The position numbers and the translations under genes are program-made. From contig CAXULY010000072.1 in the NCBI GenBank assembly GCA_964252075.1, positions 1 through 17,283 on the forward strand: a stretch of 17,283 bases of DNA. The letters run 5' to 3'. This stretch comes from an uncultured Deinococcaceae bacterium (GTDB lineage: Bacteria > Deinococcota > Deinococci > Deinococcales > Deinococcaceae). Shown piece after piece: positions 1 to 8,700 of the stretch; positions within the stretch are counted from its first letter, which is position 1; the number at the start of each line of letters is the position of its first letter. Under the pieces are notes generated by a model. That model was given only the letters and a program-made list of their open reading frames with translations. It was not told where the DNA came from and made no database searches.

Positions 1-40
1 GCAGGAGGGCGATCAGAACGTGCAGTCGTGGCCAGGGCAT
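1..40 (-). CDS. Possible 5' end of a secreted protein gene running off the left edge (MPWPRLHVLIALL...)
   Basis: Minus-strand ATG at 40 gives a basic-then-hydrophobic, signal-peptide-like start. A weak -10-like TGTGAT lies 6 nt upstream. Only 13 codons are visible. Confidence 0.3.
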   Translation of the reverse strand, partial: MPWPRLHVLIALL

Positions 41-190
41 CTGCCCATCACAGCACCAGGCGTTGAAGTGCAGGTGAAGCATCGGACGCGACGGACGGCC
101 TGCTGACACCTTGGCGGTCTGGCCTCCTCACCCCGCACGCGCTTGGCGCAGGACGAACGATGAGGGGAGGCGTGCCTGACGCCCCAGTCG

Positions 191-460
191 TCACGGCTTC
201 AGGAGCAACGCGACGGCGGTGGGGTGCAGGCAATCCGTTGCATCCACCGTTCCGGCCACCAGGTACGTCCGCCCGCGGTGCGTCAGGCGCTCCAGGAGGT
301 ACGGCGGTTCCCCGCCGACTTCCAGGTACAGGAGAAACAGCTGGTCCGGTCCACCGGTTCCGAGCGGCTCCACCCGCTGAACGTTGACGTGACGCGACTC
401 ACCCACCAACCGCCCAAGATACCGGGGGGCCTTGCGCGCCTCTGTCACCGCGAGAGGCAC
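191..460 (-). CDS. Small hypothetical protein (~85-89 aa)
   Basis: The C-terminal part of ORF 191..787 reads like a real globular protein (RYLGRLVGESRHVNVQRVEP...LFLLYLEVGGEPPYLLERLTHRGRTYLVAGTV), while the upstream part does not. In-frame GTG starts at 460 or 448; no clear RBS. Confidence 0.5.
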   Translation of the reverse strand: MPLAVTEARKAPRYLGRLVGESRHVNVQRVEPLGTGGPDQLFLLYLEVGGEPPYLLERLTHRGRTYLVAGTVDATDCLHPTAVALLLKP

Positions 461-644
461 GCATAACCGTGTGGAGCGGCGCGCCGCGCTACTGGCCAGG
501 CGTACAGCGACATGACTGTCGGTAAGGACCGCAGTGTGAACCGGAGCCACACAGCGCCTGCGTGCATGGGGTAAAGGCATGACGTGTGACCGCCCGCGCA
601 CGACCACCGGTTGGCTTGGATCTTCACGACCTGGAAAAGGCCTG

Positions 645-667
645 CATCCCATGGGATGACCCATCCC
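645..667. repeat. Perfect 14-bp palindrome CATCCC-AT-GGGATG plus a third CATCCC copy
   Basis: 645-658 CATCCCATGGGATG is its own reverse complement; 653-667 GGGATG-ACC-CATCCC forms a second, overlapping inverted repeat. Confidence 0.6.
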
Positions 668-743
668 CGCCCATGAACCGCCGTCCGTTGGACGTGGCGC
701 AAAGGCTGCATGCGCGGATGCGCGTGGGGTCGACCATGAGGGC

Positions 744-1391
744 TTACCAGCTGCTGCCGCTGTCACTGCTGCTGAAGCTGCTCCCACCGTCCGAACTGCT
801 GGAGCTGTCCGTGCTGGAGCTGCTGGACGTGTCCGACGGGCTGCAGTGCGTGAGGGTTGAAGCGATCATGAACCCAGCCAGGGTGTCGCTGTCCTCCGGG
901 CGGCGAGGTCCCGTTGGGTGCACGCCGGTGCGAAAAGGCGGGGGCGGTCGGTACGAGGATGCCGCCGCCATCCGCCTCGCGAATTCCCTCCGCACGCGCC
1001 GCCGGCGGACCGACACGATTCCCACCAGCGCCACGCACAGGAGGGCGGCACCGGCCAGCGTCCCGGTCCACCACGAGGTGGGGCGTCTGAGGCCAGCCCG
1101 GCCTTCCAGGTACCGGAGGCTCGCCCTGTTTGCGAACCGCATGTGGGGCTCGAGTCGCTCGGCGGTCTGCAATTCCGCGCGCAGGCCCTCCACGTCCCCC
1201 ACGCGCTCGCTGAGGAGCGCGGCGAGGTAATGGGCTTTCGCGCTCCCCGGGTGCGCCCGCAGGGCGCCCGCGAGGGCCGTTTGGGCGGCGGCGTAGTCAT
1301 GCGCGCGGATGAGGCCGTCCACGTCGTTTGGGTTGGGCGCGGCGAGCACCGTCCCGAGGATGAAGGTCAGGGCGATCAGGAAGCGCGTCAT
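744..1391 (-). CDS. Signal-peptide TPR-like protein with one transmembrane helix and a Ser/Asp/Gly-rich tail ending in Trp (215 aa)
   Basis: AAGGAG RBS just before ATG 1391. Signal peptide MTRFLIALTFILGTVLA; TPR-like helices (ALRAHPGSAKAHYLAALL...AERLEP); TM segment WWTGTLAGAALLCVALVGIVSV followed by RRRR; tail SSSSDGGSSFSSSDSGSSW. Confidence 0.85.
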   Translation of the reverse strand: MTRFLIALTFILGTVLAAPNPNDVDGLIRAHDYAAAQTALAGALRAHPGSAKAHYLAALLSERVGDVEGLRAELQTAERLEPHMRFANRASLRYLEGRAGLRRPTSWWTGTLAGAALLCVALVGIVSVRRRRVRREFARRMAAASSYRPPPPFRTGVHPTGPRRPEDSDTLAGFMIASTLTHCSPSDTSSSSSTDSSSSSDGGSSFSSSDSGSSW

Positions 1392-1458
1392 TCGAACTCC
1401 TTGGGCGTCCACGTGGGGTACCCCGCACTGCCCGAAGGCCTGTGGGGGCGCACGTGCT

Positions 1459-2106
1459 TCACTGCCTTGAGTGTGTGGTGCTGAGGTACCGACGCACGGC
1501 GCTCACGTCGTTCACGTTCACCCCGCTGGCCTTCAGCATGCCCATGGTGGACTTTTGAAGCACGTAGTACTGATACGTGTACGTTGCGGGTCCAGGATCG
1601 ATCCCGCCGGTGTTGGCGCGAACGACCGTGATGGAGTTGTCGCTGTAATAGAAGTTCACCGTGGTGTCGTTGACCGCTATGGGAAGCTGATGCCACGGCG
1701 CCGCCGCCGTCGGGTCACTCACGTAAAACAGCACCGCCTGCTTCTCGCTGTCGGTGAGGCCCGGGACGGTGATGCTACCAAACCGCGGGTTCTGATAGAT
1801 GAACAACCCGTCACTGAGGTTGTCCGCCGTGAAGAACAGGTCGACGGTGCCCGAGCCGCTGGCCACCACGGCACCAGGGCCAGCCGGACCCGGGGCGCCA
1901 GTCGTTCCGGGGGCGCCAGGCTCGCCTTTCGGCCCCGTGGCACCCGTGGGGCCGCTGGGTCCCTGCGCACCGGTGGGGCCTTGCGGTCCCTGCGTGCCCG
2001 CTGGGCCCTGAGCACCTTGTGGGCCCACCGGCCCCGAGCAGGCGGCGAGGTTGAGGACGAGGGGCAGGGTCAGCATCGCTGCGGCAAAAACGCGTCTGGT
2101 TTCCAT
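1459..2106 (-). CDS. Collagen-like lipoprotein (215 aa)
   Basis: Lipobox LAAC followed by about 18 uninterrupted Gly-X-Y triplets (GPVGPQGAQ...GPAGPG) and a beta-rich globular C-terminal domain. ATG 2106 lies 7 nt after a TACGGT -10 box. Confidence 0.9.
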   Translation of the reverse strand: METRRVFAAAMLTLPLVLNLAACSGPVGPQGAQGPAGTQGPQGPTGAQGPSGPTGATGPKGEPGAPGTTGAPGPAGPGAVVASGSGTVDLFFTADNLSDGLFIYQNPRFGSITVPGLTDSEKQAVLFYVSDPTAAAPWHQLPIAVNDTTVNFYYSDNSITVVRANTGGIDPGPATYTYQYYVLQKSTMGMLKASGVNVNDVSAVRRYLSTTHSRQ

Positions 2107-2113
2107 ACCGCCC

Positions 2114-2148
2114 ACCGTATGGTCCGTGGCGTCATGACGGCGTTATGG
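2114..2148 (-). promoter_or_regulatory. Class I SARP-type promoter element (direct repeat plus -10) for the collagen-like lipoprotein; predicted leaderless transcript
   Basis: Minus strand CCATAACGCCGTCATGACGCCACGGACCATACGGT: ATAACG/ATGACG 11 bp apart, 10-nt spacer, TACGGT. Aligns without gaps to 5686-5720 and 10918-10952. Confidence 0.75.
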
Positions 2149-2170
2149 TGTTCCTTTGGTGTCAATGACG

Positions 2171-2201
2171 GCGCCCCCACCCGAAGGTAGGGTGGGGGCG
2201 C
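2171..2201. terminator. 12-bp perfect hairpin; possible terminator or protein-binding site
   Basis: GCGCCCCCACCC-GAAGGTA-GGGTGGGGGCGC, between the beta-helix lipoprotein stop and the collagen-gene promoter; no U-tract. Confidence 0.45.
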
Positions 2202-2438
2202 TCCCGTGGTGCGAAGGCCTCAGCGAGGTCCGGCGACACCTTGTTTAGTCCGATGATCGCCTTAGCTCATTCCAATGGATGGTCCTGGGCCACCGAGCAC
2301 GGGGAAGACGAAGCCCGCAGTGGGGGTGCCAGGGCTGCCATGATGCCCGCGCGACGTCCAACCCGCTGGCCACTCCTGATGTTGGTTGCGCCCGCTTCTG
2401 GTCGCCACCGCATCCACCGCTTCACGCCAACCACCCGC

Positions 2439-4259
2439 CTATTCGCGCGCGCCCATGCGGGTGATGGATGGTCGCGCCGAGCGCGCCATCGTCTGCGGAT
2501 CGATCTGCCAGCCGGGCGTCAGTTCAGGCGCGAGCGTCACGGGCGCCGCGCCTGCCGCGAGCAGGGCGGGGGTCGTGGGCCGACCGTCCTGCGGGTTCAC
2601 AGGCGGGGTGACGGCCGTAACGAGCGCCGACGTGCCCGTCACGTGCGGCGCGTCGTTCGCGCCGCGGTAGGTGAAGGCCGGATCGACGAGGGCGCTCGCG
2701 AGGCCCGGGAAGACGAACGGCGCGCCCCAGTGCGGGTCGGTGTTCCAGCCCGCCGAGATGAAGTTGCGGCCCAGCGCGAGCCGGTCGGCGCGGTACCGCG
2801 CGAACTCCCAGAAGGCCGGGGTCTTCACGGCCGCACCGCCGAGGACCACGACGTTGTTCCAGGCGCGCGTCAGGGCGTACCCGTCGGCGCTGGGGCTGGC
2901 GTTCACCATCGGCGTGAGGTCACTGTTGCCGGTCCACGGTCCCTCGTCGAGGAGACGCACGAAGCTGGTGACGCCGCGCTCCACGCTGCTCACCACGGTG
3001 TTGTCGTAGAAGTAGAGGGTGCCGGGGCGGCGGTCGTCCTGCTGGTTGTCGTACCCGTAGTGGATGAGGTGGGCGGCGGCGGACGGCCCAGCGTTGCGGA
3101 TGAAGTTGCCGTACACGAACGTCGCTCCGTAGGCCGCCCAGGCCTGCGCGACGCGCGCGTCGTCGCCTGGCGTGACGCTCGCCGGGCTCTGGGCCTTGAG
3201 GGCCGCGAAGCGCCTCGGAATCACGAGTTCGGCGTGGTCCTGCGCCTCCACGAGGTCAAGGATGCGCGCGGCGGGCTCGAAGGCGTTGTAGCGGATCACG
3301 TCCCCGGCCGCGCGCAGCTTGAGGTTGCCGCCGAGGGCGCCGGGGCGGTTGGCGCCGAAGCGGTTGAACTGCACGAGGACGTTCACGCCCTGCACGTAGG
3401 CGTTGTGGACGTAGTAGTTGTTCACCACGCCGTTGCCGTAGAGGTTGTTGCCCTCGATCACGAGGTCGCGGGTCATCTGCGCCTCCGGCACCCGACTCAG
3501 GACGAACAGGCCGTTGCCGCAGCCGGTGAGCACGTTGCCGCGGATGGTGATGTCCTGGCCTTCCTGCACCCGGATGCACGCGGACGCCGGGTCGTAGCGC
3601 CGCACGGCGCCGTTCGTGGCGGTGTACTGCAGCGCGTCCGTCGCGCCGCCCGCACCGCCGAGGGTGTCCTGAACGCGCAGGCCCTCGATGACGATGTGCT
3701 CGGGGCGCCGGGTGTAGTCCGGGTGGTACACGGTGATGATGCCGAGGTCCTGGATGCCGCTCGACAGGCTGCCCGCGTTGAGGTCCGGCCGGGTGGTCGC
3801 CCCGCGCCCGCTGATCACGGGCAGCGCGCCGTTCGGGCCGGGCACGCCGCAGACCCGCAGCGGTTGGGCGGCCGTGCCGCTGGTGCTGAGGGTGAATTTC
3901 TCGAAATACGGCGCCGGGCGCCAGAACACGCGCACGGTGTCGCCCGGCCCGAGGTGGTTCCAGTCCACCGCGCCGAGCGACGCGACCTGCACCACTCGCG
4001 GCCCGGACGCCAGGACGGGGTTGCCGACCTGGATGTCGCGTCCCGTGCCGGTGGCGCGGCATTCGACCGGCACGGTGAGGTCGCGCGTGGCGGGCCCAGC
4101 GGTGAGGCGCGGCGTGGGCAGCGGGAAGGTCGGCGCGACTGTCCCCGCCACGACGGCGAGGGCGGCGGGGGGCATGCCGCCTGCCGGGGGTGGGGCGGCG
4201 CAGGCCGCCAGGGCGCAGGCGAGGACGGCGCTGCAGGCGAAGGAGACAGGCGTTTTCAT
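2439..4259 (-). CDS. Lipoprotein with a right-handed parallel beta-helix (pectin-lyase-like fold), putative polysaccharide-acting protein (606 aa)
   Basis: GGAGG RBS before ATG 4259; lipobox LAAC; LGPGDTVRV motif and Asn-ladder repeats (HIVIEGLRVQ, DITIRGNVLTGCGNGLF, DLVIEGNNLYGNG, VLVQFNRF, DVIRYNAF, TFVYGNFI, YFYDNTVV). Confidence 0.85.
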   Translation of the reverse strand: MKTPVSFACSAVLACALAACAAPPPAGGMPPAALAVVAGTVAPTFPLPTPRLTAGPATRDLTVPVECRATGTGRDIQVGNPVLASGPRVVQVASLGAVDWNHLGPGDTVRVFWRPAPYFEKFTLSTSGTAAQPLRVCGVPGPNGALPVISGRGATTRPDLNAGSLSSGIQDLGIITVYHPDYTRRPEHIVIEGLRVQDTLGGAGGATDALQYTATNGAVRRYDPASACIRVQEGQDITIRGNVLTGCGNGLFVLSRVPEAQMTRDLVIEGNNLYGNGVVNNYYVHNAYVQGVNVLVQFNRFGANRPGALGGNLKLRAAGDVIRYNAFEPAARILDLVEAQDHAELVIPRRFAALKAQSPASVTPGDDARVAQAWAAYGATFVYGNFIRNAGPSAAAHLIHYGYDNQQDDRRPGTLYFYDNTVVSSVERGVTSFVRLLDEGPWTGNSDLTPMVNASPSADGYALTRAWNNVVVLGGAAVKTPAFWEFARYRADRLALGRNFISAGWNTDPHWGAPFVFPGLASALVDPAFTYRGANDAPHVTGTSALVTAVTPPVNPQDGRPTTPALLAAGAAPVTLAPELTPGWQIDPQTMARSARPSITRMGARE

Positions 4260-4335
4260 GAGAACCTCCGCCCGCATCATGAGAAGTGGGAGGGGCGGCG
4301 GCCCGTGAAAAACCCGTGTCAATGGCCCAAAAGCG

Positions 4336-4920
4336 TCATGCTCCGGCCGTCCGCAGCCATAGGGCCGCCTGGGTGCGGTTGCGCGCCCCAAGCTTGCGCA
4401 GCACCTTCTTGAGGTGGTTCTTGACGGTGTGCTCACTGAGGCCCAGGGCGCCGGCGATCGCCTTGTTGCTGAGGCCGCGCGCCACGAGGCCCAGCACCTC
4501 ACGCTCGCGGGGGGTTAGGTCCGCCGGGCGGCGCGCGGCGCGCGCGGGGGGCGGTGCGGTCGCCGGGCCCTGAAGCGCCGCCCTCAGCTGTTCGGGCGAG
4601 ATCGCGCCGTCGAGCGGCTCGGCACGGTCGGTGGGCTCCAGCCGGGCGTCCTGGGCGAGCGGGCGCGGGGAAGGGACGAGGGTCAGCAGGCGGGCGTCCG
4701 GCTGCCGCGCGTGAAGCCGCGACAACCAGCGCAGGCTGTGCGGCGGTCCCTGAAGGTCGAGGAGCACCACGTCCACGGCGTGGCGCTCGAGGGCCTCGAG
4801 GCAACTGCGTCCGTCCGAGCAGCACCCCACGACCTCCACGTCGGGCCACGCCGAGAGCAGACCCAGCAGCCCGGCGCGGACGGTCGGGTGCTGGTCGCAC
4901 AACAGGACACGGATGGGCAC
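4336..4920 (-). CDS. NarL/LuxR-family response regulator with a degenerate receiver domain (194 aa)
   Basis: N-terminal [16 protein letters not shown]...VDVVLLDL; C-terminal Lux[60 protein letters not shown] upstream of GTG 4920. Confidence 0.9.
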   Translation of the reverse strand: MPIRVLLCDQHPTVRAGLLGLLSAWPDVEVVGCCSDGRSCLEALERHAVDVVLLDLQGPPHSLRWLSRLHARQPDARLLTLVPSPRPLAQDARLEPTDRAEPLDGAISPEQLRAALQGPATAPPPARAARRPADLTPREREVLGLVARGLSNKAIAGALGLSEHTVKNHLKKVLRKLGARNRTQAALWLRTAGA

Positions 4921-5197
4921 TCTAGACCTCAGGGGAGCGGCGCACCCAGCCGGGGGCACCGCGAAGGGGCGCACAGCGCGGGCCAAATAGCGGGCTGGGG
5001 TCCAGTCTGAGCGGACACCAACCGGTCGGGCGTGAGGCGCTGCTGAATGTCGGGATGTCCGCGCCCGATGGCGTCCGTCCGTGGAGCCTGGACCGCCCTC
5101 AGGGCGCACCGACGTGGCCTTCACGGGGTGACCGGCGGGCGCGCGGGGGCTGGCTCCTGGCCTTCAGGGCTGTCATAGCGGGCGTCTTCGCGCAGAA

Positions 5198-5641
5198 TCA
5201 GTGCAGGCCGACGCGCGGCACGCCGGTCGGGGTGACGTCCGGCGCGGCGCCCTGCATGGCGGTCGCGAGGGCGCCGTAGGCCGCCTGCCACGACGCGCGC
5301 ACCTCCGGCGTGAACGCCTCACCGAGCGTGTCGGCGAGGGTACCGATCAGCGCGGCGCCCACGAGCCCGTAGTGGGCGGGCTGCACGCCATACGCGGTGT
5401 GGCGCGCGCCGAGCGCCTGCACGGACGGCAGCAGGGCCGGCAGGTCGTGCAGGCCGCGCACCACGAGCCTAAGCGCGGCCATGAGCTTGCGGCCCTGCGC
5501 GGCCAGGTCCCCGGTGAAGAGCGCCCTGAGGGCCGGGTCGAGCGCGAACAGCCGCTCGTAGAATCGGGCGGCGACCGCGTCGGCGCGCGCGTCGATGAGC
5601 GCGAAGGAGCGTTGCACGAGCTGGATCTGGTCGTCGGTCAT
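5198..5641 (-). CDS. Single-domain 3/3 globin (flavohemoglobin/Vitreoscilla Hb-like, no reductase domain; 147 aa)
   Basis: IQLVQRSF, FYERLF (B10 Tyr), ALF (CD1 Phe), Q (E7) in QGRKLM, LGARHTAYGV (F8 His), HYGLVGAAL, WQAAY; AAAGGA RBS before ATG 5641. Confidence 0.95.
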   Translation of the reverse strand: MTDDQIQLVQRSFALIDARADAVAARFYERLFALDPALRALFTGDLAAQGRKLMAALRLVVRGLHDLPALLPSVQALGARHTAYGVQPAHYGLVGAALIGTLADTLGEAFTPEVRASWQAAYGALATAMQGAAPDVTPTGVPRVGLH

Positions 5642-5685
5642 GGATGTCCTTTCGGGGGGCGCCGTGGGGACGCCCGGTGCGGTTG

Positions 5686-5720
5686 ACCTTAAAGTGGGGG
5701 GCGTCACGGCGCCGTTATGG
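5686..5720 (-). promoter_or_regulatory. Class I SARP-type promoter element for the globin
   Basis: Minus strand CCATAACGGCGCCGTGACGCCCCCCACTTTAAGGT: ATAACG/GTGACG 11 bp apart, 10-nt spacer, TAAGGT -10. Confidence 0.78.
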
Positions 5721-5767
5721 CGCGCGGGTGATGCACATGACGCTCGCCCGGCGTCCCGCCGCCGCCG

Positions 5768-5773
5768 TACACT
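5768..5773 (+). promoter_or_regulatory. -10 box (TACACT) of a predicted leaderless promoter for STAND regulator 1
   Basis: TACACT is followed by 7 nt and an in-frame GTG at 5781, where SARP-like sequence (VRLLGSPRL) begins; no SD sequence. Confidence 0.65.
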
Positions 5774-5780
5774 GCCTTCG

Positions 5781-8700
5781 GTGCTGGTTCGGTTGCTGGG
5801 GTCGCCACGTCTGCAGGTCGGGGAGCGCGAGGTGCGCCCACCGTCCCGCAAGGCGCTGGCCTTGATCGCCTACCTCGCGCTCGAGGGGCCACAGCCGCGC
5901 GAGCGCGCCGCCGACCTGCTGTGGACGCAGGCTGGCGCGCGGCGCAACCTGCGTCAGGAGCTGTTCCTGATCGGCCGCTCGGCCCTCGCCGGGGCGCTCC
6001 ACGTGACCGCGTCGCACCTGGCGCTCACGGACGGCGTGGCGGTGGACGCGCTTGACCTGGTGCGCGGCGCGCGCGACGGCGACCTCACGCGGGCGCTCGC
6101 GGCGGGAACGGGCGCGCTGCTCGACGGTCACGCCCTGGAGGACGCGCCGGCCTTCGAGGGGTGGCTCGGCGCGTGGCGCGCGCGCCTGGCGGAGCTGGGG
6201 CGGGAGGTGCGGGCGCGGCGGGCGGCGCAGCTCGAAACGGACGGCGACCTGCGCGGCGCGCTCGCGCTGCACCTGGAGGTCCTGGCGCTGGACCCCCTGC
6301 AGGAGGCGCACGAGCGCGAGGCGATTCGCCTGCACGCGCGCCTCGGCGAGCGCGAGCGGGCGCTGGAGCGCTACGCGCGCTTCCACGCGCTGCTCGCCGA
6401 GGACCTCGGCCTGGAGCCGCTGCCGGAGACGCGCCAAGAGGCCGACCTCGCGGCGCGCGGCGCGGCCCCCGTGGCGGCCCCGCCGGTCCCCGCCGCGCAG
6501 CCGTCCCCGGCCCTGCAGCCGCCCCTGATCGGCCGGCAGGACGTCTGGCGCGCCCTGGAGGGGTCGCCCACCGGCCTGACCCTGCTGCACGGGGAGCCGG
6601 GGGTCGGCAAGACGCGGCTCACGCTCGCCTTCGCCGCGACCCTCGGCGTGCCGGTCGTGGTGCAGGGCCGCGAGGTGGCGCAGGGCACGCCGCTGTACCC
6701 GGTGGCGGAGGCGCTGCGGGCGGCGCTGCGCGAGCCGCGCGCGAAGGCGCGCCTCGACGCGCTCGATGAGGTCTGGCGGGTCGAGGTGGGCCGCCTCGTG
6801 CCGGAGTTCGCGCCGCCTGGCAGCGGCCCGGAGAACCGCGCGCGGTTCGTGGAGGCGCTGACGCGGGCCCTCCTGGCGGCCGCCGGGCCGGGCGGCGCCC
6901 TCGTGTGGGACGACCTGCACTGGATGGACGGCGCGACGCTGGAGGTGCTGGCCCACCTCGTCCGCCGCCCGCCCGAGGGGGACGCGCCCCGCGCGCTCGC
7001 CACTGCACGCACCGACGAACTGCGCGAACTGCCGGGCGGCCCGGCGCTGCGCGAGGCCCTGCGGCGCGAGGGCCGCCTGGTGGAGGTGGCGCTCCCCGGG
7101 CTCGCCGAGGGCGAGGTGCGCGACCTGGTGGAGGCGCTGTCGGGCACGGCGGCCGAGCGGTTCTCGCGGCGCCTGCACGCGGCGACGGGCGGTAACCCGC
7201 TGTTCGTCCTCGAGACGCTGCGCGCGCTGTTCGAGCGCGGTGAACTCACGCGCGACGCGGCCGGCTGGCGCTCGGTGGTGGACGAGACGACCGAGGATTA
7301 CGCGGAGCTCACCATCGCGCCCGGCGTGCGTGAGGCGATCGCCTCGCGCGTGGAGCGCCTCGGCGCCGCCGCCCGGCGCCTGCTGGAGGCCGCGAGCGTG
7401 TGCGCCGACGACTTCACCCTGGCCGACCTGTCGTCGGCCCTGGCGCTCTCGGAGTGGGAGGCGGTGGACGCCCTGGAGCAGCTCACGGGCGCCAGCCTGC
7501 TTGAGGGCCGCGCGGGCGCGTACCGCTTCCCGCACAGCCTGCTGCGCCGCACCGTGGCGAGCGGCCTGGGCGCCGAACGCCGCCGGCTGCTGCACCGGCG
7601 CCTCGCCGCCACCCTGGGCGCGCGCGGGGACGACCCGGCGCGGGTGGCGGAGCACCTCGACCAGGCGGGCGAGGTGAGCGAAGCGGCAGCGTGGCACGCC
7701 CGGGCGGCGGTGGCGGCGGCGCGGGTGTTCGCGTACCGCGAGGCGCTGCAGCACTACGACCGCGCCCTCAGCGCGGTGAGCGAACCCGTGCGGGCGTTCG
7801 CGTGGCGCCTCGCGCGCGTGGACCTGCTGCGCATCCTCGACGACCGCGCCGCCCTGCGCGCCGAGGTGGCGGCGCTCGCCGCGGTCGCCGAGCGGCTCGG
7901 CGAGGCGGAGCGCGCCCAGGCCGCCCTGCGGCGCGCCGCCGTGCACGATCAGGCCGGCGAGCGACCCGAGGCGCTCGCGGCAGCCCGTGAGGCCGCCGCC
8001 GCGCGCGGGCTGCCCACGCCGTTGCGCGCCGAGGCCCTGAAGTGGCTCGGCGTCGCCCACCAGCGCCGCCGCGACTTCGTGGCGGCCGAAGCGCACTTTC
8101 GGGAAGGCCTCGCGCTACCGGACGTGCCGCCCGCCACCGAAGCGGGCCTGCATGACGGGCTGACGTACTGCCTGATCGAGCAGGGCGAGCGGGCGGCCGC
8201 GCGGGACCACAACCGGCGCGCCCTCGCCCTGTTCACGCGGGCCGCGGACCTGCGGGGGCAGGCCATCGCGCGCAACACGGCGGCGCGCCTCGCGATGCTG
8301 GACGGCGACTTCGCCGGGGCCGCCACGCACTTGCGCGCCGCCTTGGAAGGCGCGCGCGAGGCCGGCGACGTCAAACTCGTGAAGGCCTTCCTCACCAACC
8401 TGGTCCACGTGCTGAGCGACGACGGCCACCTCGACGAGGCCATCGACGCCCTGCAGGAAGGCCTCGACCTGGTGCGCGCGGGCGACGACCGGGCCGGCGA
8501 GGGTCGCCTGGAGGAGCGCCTGGGGGACCTCCAGTGGCTTCGCGGTCGCCTCGGGGCGGCGCTGGCGGCCTACGGCCGGGCCGCGCAGATCGCGGAAGAA
8601 CTGGGCGACCGGGCCAGCGCCTTCCACAGCTGCCTCGCGGACGTGCGGGCGCGCCTCGCGCTGCACGACCTCGCGCCTGCCGCCCGCGCCCTGGATGACC

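Noticed and set aside
744..840. GCT/GCTG microsatellite-like stretch
   Set aside because: Encodes the poly-Ser tail of the TPR protein.
1870..2035. Repetitive DNA as a CRISPR or tandem-repeat element
   Set aside because: Explained by Gly-X-Y collagen codons; no constant repeats with unique spacers.
2241..4412. 723-aa plus-strand ORF
   Set aside because: Antisense shadow of the beta-helix lipoprotein; Arg/Gly/Val/His-rich with no motifs, typical of stop-poor GC-rich DNA.
4260..4502. ORF-track N-terminal extension of the beta-helix lipoprotein (similarly 4921-5124 for luxR, 10317-10424 for AAC(3), 15442-15549 and 16365-16421)
   Set aside because: Better starts with RBS and signal-peptide or domain boundaries lie downstream; the extensions are low-complexity or overlap other genes.
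5595..5780. N-terminal extension of regulator 1 (and the reciprocal extension of the globin to 5851)
   Set aside because: The extensions would overlap each other and the promoter elements; family similarity starts at GTG 5781 and ATG 5641.
5715..8096. 793-aa minus-strand ORF and the many overlapping ORFs within 5800-9400
   Set aside because: Antisense or alternate-frame shadows of STAND regulator 1.
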